Position numbers and translations under genes: made by a program. The notes under the pieces are model-generated. The model was not told the origin of the DNA. It saw nothing but the letters and a program-made list of their open reading frames with translations, and did no database searches. From an uncultured Candidatus Saccharibacteria bacterium (GTDB taxonomy: Bacteria; Patescibacteriota; Minisyncoccia; Phycocordibacterales; Phycocordibacteraceae), in contig CAZSKX010000001.1 of NCBI GenBank assembly GCA_964607655.1, forward strand, positions 296,939-360,938: a stretch of 64,000 nt of DNA. The letters run 5' to 3'. Positions 36,464 through 46,597 of this stretch are shown one piece after another; the first letter of the stretch is position 1; each line of letters starts with the position of its first letter.

Positions 36464-38062
36464 TTACACAGGCGCAAGAGGAAGTTCAACTACGAAACGC
36501 GAACCCTTCCCTGCGCCACTTGAAAGCGCGTGAATCGTCCCGTCGTGCGCGTCGACAACCTGTTTCGCGATGTAGAGCCCATACCCCGTTGAATGGACGT
36601 TTACCCTAATCGAGTCTTTCCCGTGCCCGCCCTCGGTGAAAAGACGCTCCATGTCCTCTGGGCTGATGCCCACACCACTGTCTTCTACCACAAGGCGTAC
36701 CCGCCCATCAGACGCTGAGACCTCCACAAGAATCGCGCCCGCGGGGGTATATCGAATCGCATTATCGATAAGATTGCGCACCACGTGTTCTTTTATCTTT
36801 TCCTCGTCACCCAGTACCACACAAGGTTTAACCGGAAGTTTTACGGTAAGCTGTAACCCTTTGGTCTCTGCGTTTTTCTGTAGCGCCGCAGCCTCCTCTT
36901 GCACACAATAGACAAAATCGAACGCCGATTTACGATACCCCACGATCCCGTGCTTGAGGTCTGACGCGTTCAGAATGTTCATAACCATGCCTGTACCCAT
37001 GCGAACGTCTGCGAGCGCTCCCGTGGCCACCGTAGCGATAGCCGGTGATACGCTGCCATAATCACCCTCAACAACACTCGCAAATGCTGCCTCAATCTTA
37101 GCAAAGTAGGCCTTAATTTCGTGACTAATGAAATAGAGCAGAGCTTCCTGCTGCGCATTCACTCGCGTAAGGCTCTTCCCTTGTTCTTCGATCACGTCTT
37201 CTTGTTCAGCTTCTTGGATCGCACTTCTGATGAGAAAGATTCCCACTATCAAGATAAGGAGAAGAAAGCCAGCGTTTAAGGCCAAGGACGATCCGCTTGT
37301 AGACAAAAAGGTCCTGAACACGAGCACGAGCCACAGAAATGCAACTACGAGCTCCACCGCTACGAGCCGTACTTTGAAGAGCCCGAGACGAGCGATACTG
37401 TACGCCATGATACACACCCAGAAAAGGATCGCGATCGGACCAACAGATATGTAGTCGTAGACGTGATAGAAGTGCGGCAGAATAATGTTGAAAATGCCCG
37501 CGATGCCGAGCGTCACATAGGTACCGATCATGATAGAGAGTGTGCGCGTTCTCGTCGGACCCTGACTGACACGGATTTTTTTCAGAAGGATGAGAAACGC
37601 GACAGCAAAATAACCCCACACATGCACTTCAAAGAGGTAGTCAATCGGTCCGTATTCAAATCCACGAACGCCGTTTAGAAACACTACCGAACGCACGATG
37701 ATTAGATCAGTAAAGAAATAGATCCATGCCAGGATAATCGTTGGAGAAAAGACCAAGAACGTGGTAGCCCGCTTCAGCCGACGCTCTGCGTTAAACACCA
37801 GTGCGAAATATAAGAACGCCGTCGCAATAAACTCGCCCCAGAAGTAATTAAACCTCCCGAGAAATTCTATCTCTTGCGTCTCTCCGCTCGGCAGATAGAG
37901 AAACAAGCTCGTGCCAAGGCCCCAAAACGCTGCTGCGATAGCTAAGAGTGCGAAAGCGATGTTCGCCCGCGAACGAAAGTCCTGTGCAGCGATCATCCCT
38001 GCAAGGACTAGATTTACCGCCGCAACACCAAGCATCAAAAAGATCTGAAGTTCTAGGCTCAT
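36464..38062 (-). CDS. Multi-TM sensor histidine kinase, atypical H-box (paralog 2)
   Basis: Same architecture, H-box YFISHEIKAYF; stop is 2 nt from the paralog 1 start. Confidence 0.8.
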   Translation of the reverse strand: MSLELQIFLMLGVAAVNLVLAGMIAAQDFRSRANIAFALLAIAAAFWGLGTSLFLYLPSGETQEIEFLGRFNYFWGEFIATAFLYFALVFNAERRLKRATTFLVFSPTIILAWIYFFTDLIIVRSVVFLNGVRGFEYGPIDYLFEVHVWGYFAVAFLILLKKIRVSQGPTRTRTLSIMIGTYVTLGIAGIFNIILPHFYHVYDYISVGPIAILFWVCIMAYSIARLGLFKVRLVAVELVVAFLWLVLVFRTFLSTSGSSLALNAGFLLLILIVGIFLIRSAIQEAEQEDVIEEQGKSLTRVNAQQEALLYFISHEIKAYFAKIEAAFASVVEGDYGSVSPAIATVATGALADVRMGTGMVMNILNASDLKHGIVGYRKSAFDFVYCVQEEAAALQKNAETKGLQLTVKLPVKPCVVLGDEEKIKEHVVRNLIDNAIRYTPAGAILVEVSASDGRVRLVVEDSGVGISPEDMERLFTEGGHGKDSIRVNVHSTGYGLYIAKQVVDAHDGTIHALSSGAGKGSRFVVELPLAPV

Positions 38063-38155
38063 AGTGCGTAAGTACAGTATATCTCATGAATAATCTCACT
38101 CGATCTTCATACAGATAGCTCGTGGATTTGGCGGCTGACCGCTCGCGTTGCTACG

Positions 38156-39595
38156 ATGCTTTTCGTACCCATGCATATATCACATCACCTTCGTGCACTT
38201 CGTAACTTCTTACTCGTAACGTCTATTCCCTTCTTAATCGCGTTCGGCATCCTAGTCCCGAGATACGCGGGAGCAGATGCGCCGGTCAACGTCTGGTGGC
38301 CGACGGACAACGCCACGGTCTCGGCCACTCAGCCCTTCAAGGCAATGGTCGCTGGACTCGACGTATCGCAGTATGAGATGTTCTGGCAAGTAGATAACGG
38401 CAATTGGAATCGAATGGATACCAGTACTCAGGACTACCCTCACAAGGAGGCGCTCGTCGATCTCTCGAGCTGGAATTGGCGCGGCTCTGGTCCGTATGTC
38501 GTGAACTTTATTGCCCAGCAAAACGGCACTGTCATTGCTGAGCAAGAAGTGCGGATCACCGTCGACAACGGTCTTCCTGCGTCGTCCGATGCGAACACAA
38601 CCACGTCGGATCCTGCCGAACCCACAACGCCAGTCGTCGAAAATAACTCCGCGGTTTCCACGACGACCGTGGTCGTAACCCGTGATAAGAAAGTGAGAGC
38701 GACGACGACAGCACCAGAACCCATAACCATTGCTCCGCTTACAAGCAGCTTCTACGTCAATCCTGACTCACGTGCCGCCGAGCAGGCAAGAGTGTGGTCC
38801 AGCAGTAACCCGACGGGGGCGGCAGCTATGACCCTACTTGCAAGTCAGCCGACGGCCACGTGGCTCGGCGATTGGAACAGCAATGTACGGTCAGACGTAG
38901 ACTCGCTGGTAACAAAGGCAGCTGCACAGAATCAAACAACGGTCATGATTGCGTACAACCTTCCGGGACGTGACTGCAACGGCTTCTCGGCGGGCGGAGC
39001 TGGTAGTGCCCTTATGTATCGCTCGTGGATTAGTGCGCTCGCAGACGGAATCGGTTCACGTTCGGCGATTGTTGTCCTCGAGCCAGACTCGCTTGCTCAG
39101 CTCGACTGCCTTTCTTCAACCGATCTCCAAACCCGCTATGATCTCTTGATCTACGCGGTGACTACTCTCAAGAGCAATGATGCCACGAAAGTGTACCTCG
39201 ACGCTGGCCACTCTGGCTGGATCAACGTCGGCACGATGGCCGAGCGACTGAAGCGCGCTGGCATCGCCAACGCGAACGGATTCGCTTTAAACGTCTCGAA
39301 CTTCCAAGCGACCGCGAGCGAAACCGCCTACGGCGAACAGATAAGCGGACTTGTGGGCAACAAACACTTCGTGATCGACACCGCACGCAACGGCAACGGC
39401 AGTAACGGTGAATGGTGTAACCCTATGGGTCGTGCCATCGGCACCTACCCCACCACCAACACCGGTCGGCCGCTCGTCGACGCGCTCCTCTGGCTTAAGA
39501 CTCCGGGCGAATCTGATGGGCTGTGCAACGGCGGACCATCTGCGGGTAACTGGTGGCCCGAGTATGCGCTTGGACTCGTGCAAAACAGGCGCTAG
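38156..39595 (+). CDS. Glycoside hydrolase family 6 (cellulase/cellobiohydrolase) with N-terminal domain and Thr-rich linker
   Basis: GH6 signatures MIAYNLPGRDCNGFSAGGAG and VVLEPDSLA, WLKTPGESDG; signal-anchor N-terminus. Confidence 0.85.
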   Translation: MLFVPMHISHHLRALRNFLLVTSIPFLIAFGILVPRYAGADAPVNVWWPTDNATVSATQPFKAMVAGLDVSQYEMFWQVDNGNWNRMDTSTQDYPHKEALVDLSSWNWRGSGPYVVNFIAQQNGTVIAEQEVRITVDNGLPASSDANTTTSDPAEPTTPVVENNSAVSTTTVVVTRDKKVRATTTAPEPITIAPLTSSFYVNPDSRAAEQARVWSSSNPTGAAAMTLLASQPTATWLGDWNSNVRSDVDSLVTKAAAQNQTTVMIAYNLPGRDCNGFSAGGAGSALMYRSWISALADGIGSRSAIVVLEPDSLAQLDCLSSTDLQTRYDLLIYAVTTLKSNDATKVYLDAGHSGWINVGTMAERLKRAGIANANGFALNVSNFQATASETAYGEQISGLVGNKHFVIDTARNGNGSNGEWCNPMGRAIGTYPTTNTGRPLVDALLWLKTPGESDGLCNGGPSAGNWWPEYALGLVQNRR

Positions 39596-41088
39596 CTGTT
39601 GCTGATCGCCGAACCCACCGTGTCATACCGCACGCGGTACACATAGAGATTCAGGTTAGGAGAGAAGGTCTCTGACGAAAGCATCTGGTAGTGCTGATCA
39701 AAATAATCCTTGATAGCCTCCTCATAACCCTGATCATACGAGAGCAGCACGTACACTCGTTGGTGCACGTCTGTCGCTGCCGACACTTCTGTCGGCAGCG
39801 ACTCGTTATTAAACGCCGGGATTCCGCCATAGGCGTATTGATCCCACTTGGGAAGCGTAGTAAAGGGAGCGGCCCCACGGTAGTAGTACTGAATAGGATA
39901 TACCGTAAAGGGGGCTGAGAGGATGACCACGTCCTGCGCCGTGGCGTGCTCGGTTAGATATTCGGCAGCCTGTGCATAATTCTCGGTAAGCGGGGTTGTT
40001 GGACTCACCACTTCAACCGCCAGCATAACGAGCATGGCGACCACGAGCCCCCCTCGCGCTAGACGGCGAGCGCGAGGGGGATAGGTCTCAAAGAGACTAC
40101 CGAGCAGTAAGTAAAAGGCCGGGATCGTGAAGATGAGATATCGACTCACAAACGCCGGCGAAACTATCATGCTCCAGAGAAACGTCACTGCGAACGACAG
40201 TACCACCGTCACCAACAAATACGTCATCGACGGAGTGAATCGTTCACCCCTACGAAGCGAGAACAGCTTAAGCACCACTACGATGGGCCAGAGCGACAAG
40301 AAAAACCTATTAATATTGTCATTCTGGAACCCGACCAAAAATTGGCTGAAAGTATTGAAGAGATCTACGGAAGAAGGCTGCGTAAGTACCGGGTCTTCAA
40401 ATCCAGAAGTTCCCACCCGAACGACGGTCACTACCCAGGGCACGAGCGCGAGTAGCGTAACGATCCCAACGAATACAAATCGCCGATGCGACTCACGTGA
40501 AAATAGTCCTCGATAGAGTGCGACGGTTACCGCTTGCGCCAAGAGTCCCAACAAGAAGAAGTAGTGCGTGAACACTCCTGCGACGGCGCTCAGCAGGTAG
40601 CCGACCCACACATGGTCGCTCTGTCGATCCACATTCATCAACCGCACAAAGAAATATTGATTCAGTATCACGAGCAGAGTGAACAGGGTGTACATGCGAA
40701 CTTCGTTGCCATACCAATTCATAAAGGGAGAGATCGAGAAAAGCAGTGTAGCGAAGAGCGCAACGCGTCGGTGCGACACTTCTTTAGCAAGGAGATAGAA
40801 GAATGGAATGGACACCAGATACGCCACGAGCGAGAGCAGCCGTGCGAACGCCACACCATCACCTATATAGAGCCGCCAGAACCGCAACATCAGGTGATAC
40901 AACGGCACATGCACGTCACCGGCGATAATCATCAATACGTCCTTAAAGCCACGGCTCGTCTGCCAGAGACTCTGAGCTTCGTCGAGCCGTAGACTCTGGT
41001 GCATAAAGAATCCGAGCGAAAGTGCTACAGGTATCGTCATGTACGCGAGGAGCAGCAAGATAGTTCTGAGTTGTGTGGTCTCCGTCAT
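39592..41088 (-). CDS. GT39/GT83-like polyprenol-phosphate-dependent glycosyltransferase (PMT/ArnT family)
   Basis: Polytopic; N-terminal loop RLDEAQSL (DE motif). Confidence 0.7.
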   Translation of the reverse strand: MTETTQLRTILLLLAYMTIPVALSLGFFMHQSLRLDEAQSLWQTSRGFKDVLMIIAGDVHVPLYHLMLRFWRLYIGDGVAFARLLSLVAYLVSIPFFYLLAKEVSHRRVALFATLLFSISPFMNWYGNEVRMYTLFTLLVILNQYFFVRLMNVDRQSDHVWVGYLLSAVAGVFTHYFFLLGLLAQAVTVALYRGLFSRESHRRFVFVGIVTLLALVPWVVTVVRVGTSGFEDPVLTQPSSVDLFNTFSQFLVGFQNDNINRFFLSLWPIVVVLKLFSLRRGERFTPSMTYLLVTVVLSFAVTFLWSMIVSPAFVSRYLIFTIPAFYLLLGSLFETYPPRARRLARGGLVVAMLVMLAVEVVSPTTPLTENYAQAAEYLTEHATAQDVVILSAPFTVYPIQYYYRGAAPFTTLPKWDQYAYGGIPAFNNESLPTEVSAATDVHQRVYVLLSYDQGYEEAIKDYFDQHYQMLSSETFSPNLNLYVYRVRYDTVGSAISNS

Positions 41089-42617
41089 GGGTTGGTAGCC
41101 AGCTTCCTCAGCGCTGGAGGCGCGACCGCCGGCTCTTCTTCAGACTCAGGCAAGGTGGCGTAGATGAACGGTGCGAAGATCGCAATATTAAAGAGTGCCC
41201 ACGCCGTGTTGTTCACCAAAGAAGCCGAAAGGCCCTCGCGAGAAAGCGCGATTGGAATGCCGACCACAACGAGCGCAATGTAGAACAAATGCCATTTAGC
41301 GAGCGGCAAAAAATTTCCCTGCGCCTTAAATTTACTCGTGATGTCAAAGCTCGACCGCTTAAACGTGATCGCCGCATACAGCGCCTTGAGCTGGATGGCA
41401 AAGCTCCCCATCGAGAAGCTGAGCGACGCGAACGTGAATGTGTAGTTACTCACGCGCTGAATAAGGTAGAGGACGACAAAAAAGTACGGAAGGAAGACCC
41501 CAGCCAAGAGCATGCCCGAGACAAGGACGGGTACTTGTCCCGTGTAAAAATATGCAATGGGCAGAAGTGCGTCGATAACTACAACTAAACCTGTAAAGTA
41601 GAAGCTCGCCGATGCAAGATACTGGACCTTCTGAGCGCGCGTGAGCCCCCGCATGAAGATCGGATTGTAGCGGAAGATGACATCGAGCGCCCCGCGCGCC
41701 CAACGAAACTGCTGTTTCGAATACGTAAGAAGATCTTCGGTAGCGAGCCCTTCTGCCAAGACTTCTGGCACGTAGACAGAATGATACCCGACATTGTGCA
41801 TAAAAAGGCCGGTAATAAAGTCTTCAGCGATCGACTCCGTACACATCCCGCCCACAGACAGAAGCGCCTCGCGCCGCACCACCATGTTCGTCCCGCACAT
41901 CGTCGCCGCGTTGTCGCGGTTCTTCCCGCGACAGATGGGGCCGAAAAATATTTCCTGCTGTTCCCACGAACTTTTTGTGATGTAGTTCTGCGCGTAGTTG
42001 CGATAAAACTGTGGCGTCTGCACAAAACCCATAAGAGGGTTCGAGAAATACGGCACGGTCTTCTCAAGGAAATCTTCCTTCGGCACGTGATCCGCATCAA
42101 ACATAGCAATGAGCGGACTCCTTGTACGCCGCAGTGCATTGTTTATATTCCCCGCCTTTGCGCCCCCTGCGACTCGGCGTGTGATGCAGGTGACCCCAAG
42201 CCGGCGGGCCAGGTGTTCCATATCCATCCAATTCTCTTTCTTCGCCACATAGCCGTCGTTCAGGATATAGACGTGTGACTCGACGGTACGCATTCGAAGC
42301 GCTGCGGTTACCGTCGCTTCCACAACCTCGACCGGCTCGCCTGCCACGGTGATAAATACGTCTACGGGCGCTTGGTACTCCGGATCGATAGGCTCTACGC
42401 GCCGCGTGTCTCGCACCATGAAGATAAAGGTAAACACCTGCCACATGTGAAAGATTTCTCCTGCAACGAGCACCCCAAAGAGCACCCGACTCCCCACCGG
42501 AAAATAGAACGTCAGCACCATGAAATACACGAGCGCGAGCACGCCCGTCGCCCACAACAAAGATCTCGATTGATTCTCTTCGAGAAACTCTTTACGGATA
42601 GCGATATCTTGTGGCAT
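41085..42617 (-). CDS. Processive GT2 beta-glycosyltransferase, cellulose-synthase-like
   Basis: D, DxD, TED and QQFRWARG (QxxRW) motifs, flanking TM helices. Confidence 0.8.
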   Translation of the reverse strand: MPQDIAIRKEFLEENQSRSLLWATGVLALVYFMVLTFYFPVGSRVLFGVLVAGEIFHMWQVFTFIFMVRDTRRVEPIDPEYQAPVDVFITVAGEPVEVVEATVTAALRMRTVESHVYILNDGYVAKKENWMDMEHLARRLGVTCITRRVAGGAKAGNINNALRRTRSPLIAMFDADHVPKEDFLEKTVPYFSNPLMGFVQTPQFYRNYAQNYITKSSWEQQEIFFGPICRGKNRDNAATMCGTNMVVRREALLSVGGMCTESIAEDFITGLFMHNVGYHSVYVPEVLAEGLATEDLLTYSKQQFRWARGALDVIFRYNPIFMRGLTRAQKVQYLASASFYFTGLVVVIDALLPIAYFYTGQVPVLVSGMLLAGVFLPYFFVVLYLIQRVSNYTFTFASLSFSMGSFAIQLKALYAAITFKRSSFDITSKFKAQGNFLPLAKWHLFYIALVVVGIPIALSREGLSASLVNNTAWALFNIAIFAPFIYATLPESEEEPAVAPPALRKLATNP

Positions 42618-42644
42618 AAGCGTAGTTAAACAGCAGAGTACTGA

Positions 42645-43865
42645 TTATTCAGTGAACGCAGTGCGCGGGAGGCGCGCGCTCAAGTCTGGCAATGCGTTGT
42701 TATAGAGTGCGATGCCAAACCAAGCCCAATTGTCGTCATAGTAGGAGAGCGGCACACGCCAGGTGTTAGTCCCCGGGTTATAGAGTGCGAGTAATTTCGT
42801 TGTATATATCTCCTCTGCCTCACGCGGCGCCATGTGCATAAAATAGCCGATTGTTGCGCCATACATCGCCGGAGTTTCTACCGGATCGACCACCGAGCCG
42901 TCGTGGCCATAGATCGAACCAAGGGCGCCGCTTTCCTGCCACGCTCGCGAGAGGAAGGTGAACTGAGCAAGCGCCTCGGTATCACGCGGATCGTTAAACC
43001 ATGCCGCGTCGAGCGCAAGGGCAAAAGGCACTCGCATCGCGTCAAACCCGAAATGGGAATCGATACCACTTGCCTGTGCCGCTTCGAGCGCGCCCGTTTG
43101 CTTATTGACGCGTAGCCAATTAGGCGGTAGTCCACTGCCGCCTCCCGTGTCGAGCGGAGCCGTCGCACTCATAGCAAGGAGCGTTTGCGAACTTGTCACC
43201 AGCGCATCCCAGGGATGGGTCGGATCGACGCGAGCAAAGATCCGGTACGCTGCCGGGTTAAGGTATGACGGATTCACTATTACCGACGGCGAGGACGACT
43301 GCTTTTCGAGATCATTGGCCGCGAGGTACGGCGTGCCGCGAATGACGATCACTTCCTTCTCCCAAATATCGTCGATGACCGCACGCGCTGCATCGAGATA
43401 GTCTGGGTCTTGCCACCGCGAGAACGCGAACACCAGAGCCAGTGCGATGTTTGTGTCTGCGTCGCTCGCGCTCGTATTCCCCTGCTCCGCATGGAGTATC
43501 CCCATCGTCCCATCAGCACGCTGCCCCCACTTCCAGGCAAAGAGTGCGTCGTCAGAGTGCTGAAGGTTCTCTTTCGTCCACTGCCACGCGCCATCAAAGA
43601 CGGTCTTGTCCCCGATCCACACCGCGCGCAACATCGTATAACTCTGACCTTCTGATGTGGTGATATTGGCTCGAGCCGTATCGACGGTTCTATAACTTCC
43701 TTCCTCCACATAGTGATTGAGATACGTGCGCCACGTAGCGTCGAGCACCTGGGTAGGAGAAAAGACCAGCGGAATGGTGCTCTTGGTCGATGACAGATAG
43801 AACACCGCAAGTAGTATCACCAGCGCCACACCCACCATCACATAGCCGAACAGGCGTCCCACCAT
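42645..43865 (-). CDS. Glycoside hydrolase family 8 endoglucanase (BcsZ/CelA-like)
   Basis: GH8 signature ASDADTNIALALVFAFSRW; N-terminal signal anchor. Confidence 0.85.
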   Translation of the reverse strand: MVGRLFGYVMVGVALVILLAVFYLSSTKSTIPLVFSPTQVLDATWRTYLNHYVEEGSYRTVDTARANITTSEGQSYTMLRAVWIGDKTVFDGAWQWTKENLQHSDDALFAWKWGQRADGTMGILHAEQGNTSASDADTNIALALVFAFSRWQDPDYLDAARAVIDDIWEKEVIVIRGTPYLAANDLEKQSSSPSVIVNPSYLNPAAYRIFARVDPTHPWDALVTSSQTLLAMSATAPLDTGGGSGLPPNWLRVNKQTGALEAAQASGIDSHFGFDAMRVPFALALDAAWFNDPRDTEALAQFTFLSRAWQESGALGSIYGHDGSVVDPVETPAMYGATIGYFMHMAPREAEEIYTTKLLALYNPGTNTWRVPLSYYDDNWAWFGIALYNNALPDLSARLPRTAFTE

Positions 43866-43870
43866 AGTGC

Positions 43871-44101
43871 TTACACCCTACGGGTCACGAGCGATTCATC
43901 TCCTGAAACCACTTGAAACAAACGCCGCACTGCTCTGTTGAGGCTTCCTAAGGAACGTCGTTCAATAAGCAGGACCCCGAGCACAAGAAGGACTACGGCG
44001 AGCGATACTAATGCTGACGCTTGCTGCGCCGTAAGGGCTGGCGCCACATTGTAGACGTTAGTCGCTGGAGTGACGAGAAGGGTGAGATTAGGCGTTGGCA
44101 T
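43871..44101 (-). CDS. Small membrane protein in the glycan operon
   Basis: 76 aa with one TM; overlaps neighbours at both ends. Confidence 0.4.
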   Translation of the reverse strand: MPTPNLTLLVTPATNVYNVAPALTAQQASALVSLAVVLLVLGVLLIERRSLGSLNRAVRRLFQVVSGDESLVTRRV

Positions 44102-45218
44102 AGGGATGAGCGACTCCCGTCGACGGTAACTGCTTTTTAAAGACCCAGAATTTCGAGAGAACGAAGTTGACGCCCAAGGTTACAATGGTTGTAAGCCCGA
44201 GTGCGTAGAGATCGTATACACCCATGCGCAAGAAGACGTGCATCATGAGAACGTTTACGCTCATCGAGATCGCTGCAGTCGTGTAGAAGCGTAGGATCTC
44301 GCCGGGCGTGAGACGTTTCTCGACCTTGAAGGTCCAGGTACGGTTTAGATATAAGCTTGAAACCGTACCTGCAAAGAAGGAAAGAGATTTTGCAATCGTG
44401 AGGTACACCGTAAAGAAGACGATACTGCGCGTAAGTACGAAATACAGCGTTATATCGATTAAGGTATTGATACCTCCTACGGTCATAAACCGAAGCGCCT
44501 CTTTTTGAGAAACACTGCCCAGATCCCCTCGGTACAACTGCACCATTTCTTTAAAGGCCCGCCCAATGACTCTCAAGCTTGCGCCAGTGGCGGAGCCTGC
44601 GATCCGAGGCAAATGTGACACAGGGACCTGTTTTACCGGTACATTGTTACGCATCAAACGGATGAGCATTTCTGCACTAATCATTGCCCCACTTGAGCGA
44701 AGCTGAATATTTTGAATGTCTTCTCGTTTAAATAACTTGAACGCGCAGTCGATATCGCGCACCTTAAGACCGAAGAGCGCGCGGTTTAAGACGTTCCACC
44801 CCCACGCATTAAGCAACCGCATCAAAGGATCTCGACGAGGTGCGCGGTACCCGATCACTGCGGCATGCTCGCGCAAATGTACTAACAGATTCTGCAACTC
44901 TTTGATATCAAATTGCAGATCAGCGTCAGTGAAAAAGACGTAGTCCATACGCGCGGCACGTAAACCTGTCTTGAGCGCCTCGCCGTATCCCTTGTTGTGC
45001 GGATGGTTAATGAGCTGAACCCGAGGGCTCGTCTGCGCAAGAGCCTTTACGATCTCCGCTGAGTTATCATGACTGCCGTCATTAACCACGATAATTTCAT
45101 AATCGTGAAGATACGGGGACGACTCTACCACTGATACAGTACGAGTAATTGTTTTAGCAATATTCTCTGCTTCATTAAACATGGGAAAGAAGATGCTCAA
45201 GCTGATCGTTTTAGTCAT
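44088..45218 (-). CDS. GT2 polyprenol-phosphate glycosyltransferase (DPM1-like) fused to a GtrA-like C-terminal domain
   Basis: FFPMFNEAENI, VVNDGSHDNS, DADLQ motifs, then 4 TM helices; start at MTKTISL (45218). Confidence 0.8.
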   Translation of the reverse strand: MTKTISLSIFFPMFNEAENIAKTITRTVSVVESSPYLHDYEIIVVNDGSHDNSAEIVKALAQTSPRVQLINHPHNKGYGEALKTGLRAARMDYVFFTDADLQFDIKELQNLLVHLREHAAVIGYRAPRRDPLMRLLNAWGWNVLNRALFGLKVRDIDCAFKLFKREDIQNIQLRSSGAMISAEMLIRLMRNNVPVKQVPVSHLPRIAGSATGASLRVIGRAFKEMVQLYRGDLGSVSQKEALRFMTVGGINTLIDITLYFVLTRSIVFFTVYLTIAKSLSFFAGTVSSLYLNRTWTFKVEKRLTPGEILRFYTTAAISMSVNVLMMHVFLRMGVYDLYALGLTTIVTLGVNFVLSKFWVFKKQLPSTGVAHPYANA

Positions 45219-45311
45219 AGGTAGAAAAAGGAGGCGATCGCGCACCAAGAAATCTTACGGATAGAGTGCGCGCGATCGATATGCTGACAATACGCGCGCA
45301 TCACTTAAGTT

Positions 45312-46559
45312 TTGGTGAATCAACAAATCTTCATCCACATTCCACGACCGGTGCGCGAAACTCAAGCCATGCCTGAGCAGGACACTTTTAAGACTCGTGA
45401 CCTCATCGTCCTCGCCGCCGCAGCGGTTCTGGTCGTAACCGCGGTACTCCTACGTATTTCCTGGTACCAGATCGTTACGAGCGACTACACCTATTTCACC
45501 CGACTCTGGTTCGAAGCTCTGCAGAACAACTCTGGCCTAACTGCGTTTGCGTATCCATTCTCTAACTACGCGCCTTCCTACCTCTACGCGATAAAGGTGC
45601 TCACCGTGATCCCCGTATCGAGCCTCTACAGTCTGAAGACGCTTTCGGTGGTAGGCGATATTCTGCTAGCGATCGTCGCAACAAAAATCTTGTTACGGAG
45701 TAGTTTCCGTCGTGCCGGCGCCATGCAAACGCCCATGCTCTTTGCGCTCTTCTTCGCGATTCCTACAGTTATGATAAACAGTGCACTTTGGGGCCAGTCT
45801 GACGTACTCTATACTCTGCCGCTGCTCCTCTCGCTCTACTTCTTACTTGAAGATCGCCCGTTTCCCACAGCGCTCTGGTTTGGTGTCGCCTTCGCCGTTA
45901 AACTCCAGGCCATTTTCTTTCTTCCTGTACTCGTGGGGTATCTGCTTCAGAAACGCACCACCACCCCTTACCTCCTCATTCCGCCGGTCATGTTTATCCT
46001 GTCCTTGGTGCCCGCCCTCCTCGGCGGTGGCAGTCTCCCGTACTGGCTTCTTATTTATTTTCACGAGGCACAGGAATATCCGTACTTAACACTCTCAGCG
46101 CCAAATTTCTATGCGTTTATTGAAAAACTGCCCTTCTCGACTGACCTTCTGACTTTCTTCTTTTGGCTCGGAATCGCGCTCGCCTTTGCCGTGTCACTCT
46201 GGATCATGTTGTACATGCGCCGCACGCGACCGTTCGCGACCCGCACGGTTCTCGCACTCTCCCTCACGTCGGTGCTCTTTATCCCCTATCTTCTGCCTCG
46301 CATGCACGAAAGATACTTCTACGTGGCCGACGTAGTTTCGGTTATCTACGCGCTAGTCGAGCCTCGGCGCTGGCTCTTGCCCTTCCTAGTGATCGGGGCG
46401 TCCCTCCTTTCATACCTTCCGTACCTTTCCGGTCAAGTTCCCTCGTTAAGTGCCGTCCAGCTCGACCTCCGTTTCCCTGCGGTCCTGATGACCACAGCAG
46501 CGCTTATCCTGCTCATCGACTGGCTCCAGGGAGCACGGCCCCTCACCTCAAACTCATGA
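45312..46559 (+). CDS. GT-C fold glycosyltransferase (DUF2029/GT87-like)
   Basis: Polytopic; first loop ALWGQSD; diverges from the glycan operon; start uncertain. Confidence 0.55.
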   Translation: MVNQQIFIHIPRPVRETQAMPEQDTFKTRDLIVLAAAAVLVVTAVLLRISWYQIVTSDYTYFTRLWFEALQNNSGLTAFAYPFSNYAPSYLYAIKVLTVIPVSSLYSLKTLSVVGDILLAIVATKILLRSSFRRAGAMQTPMLFALFFAIPTVMINSALWGQSDVLYTLPLLLSLYFLLEDRPFPTALWFGVAFAVKLQAIFFLPVLVGYLLQKRTTTPYLLIPPVMFILSLVPALLGGGSLPYWLLIYFHEAQEYPYLTLSAPNFYAFIEKLPFSTDLLTFFFWLGIALAFAVSLWIMLYMRRTRPFATRTVLALSLTSVLFIPYLLPRMHERYFYVADVVSVIYALVEPRRWLLPFLVIGASLLSYLPYLSGQVPSLSAVQLDLRFPAVLMTTAALILLIDWLQGARPLTSNS

Positions 46560-46597
46560 TTTCTTCATGGAGAAGTCGTATAGTACTAAGATAATCC

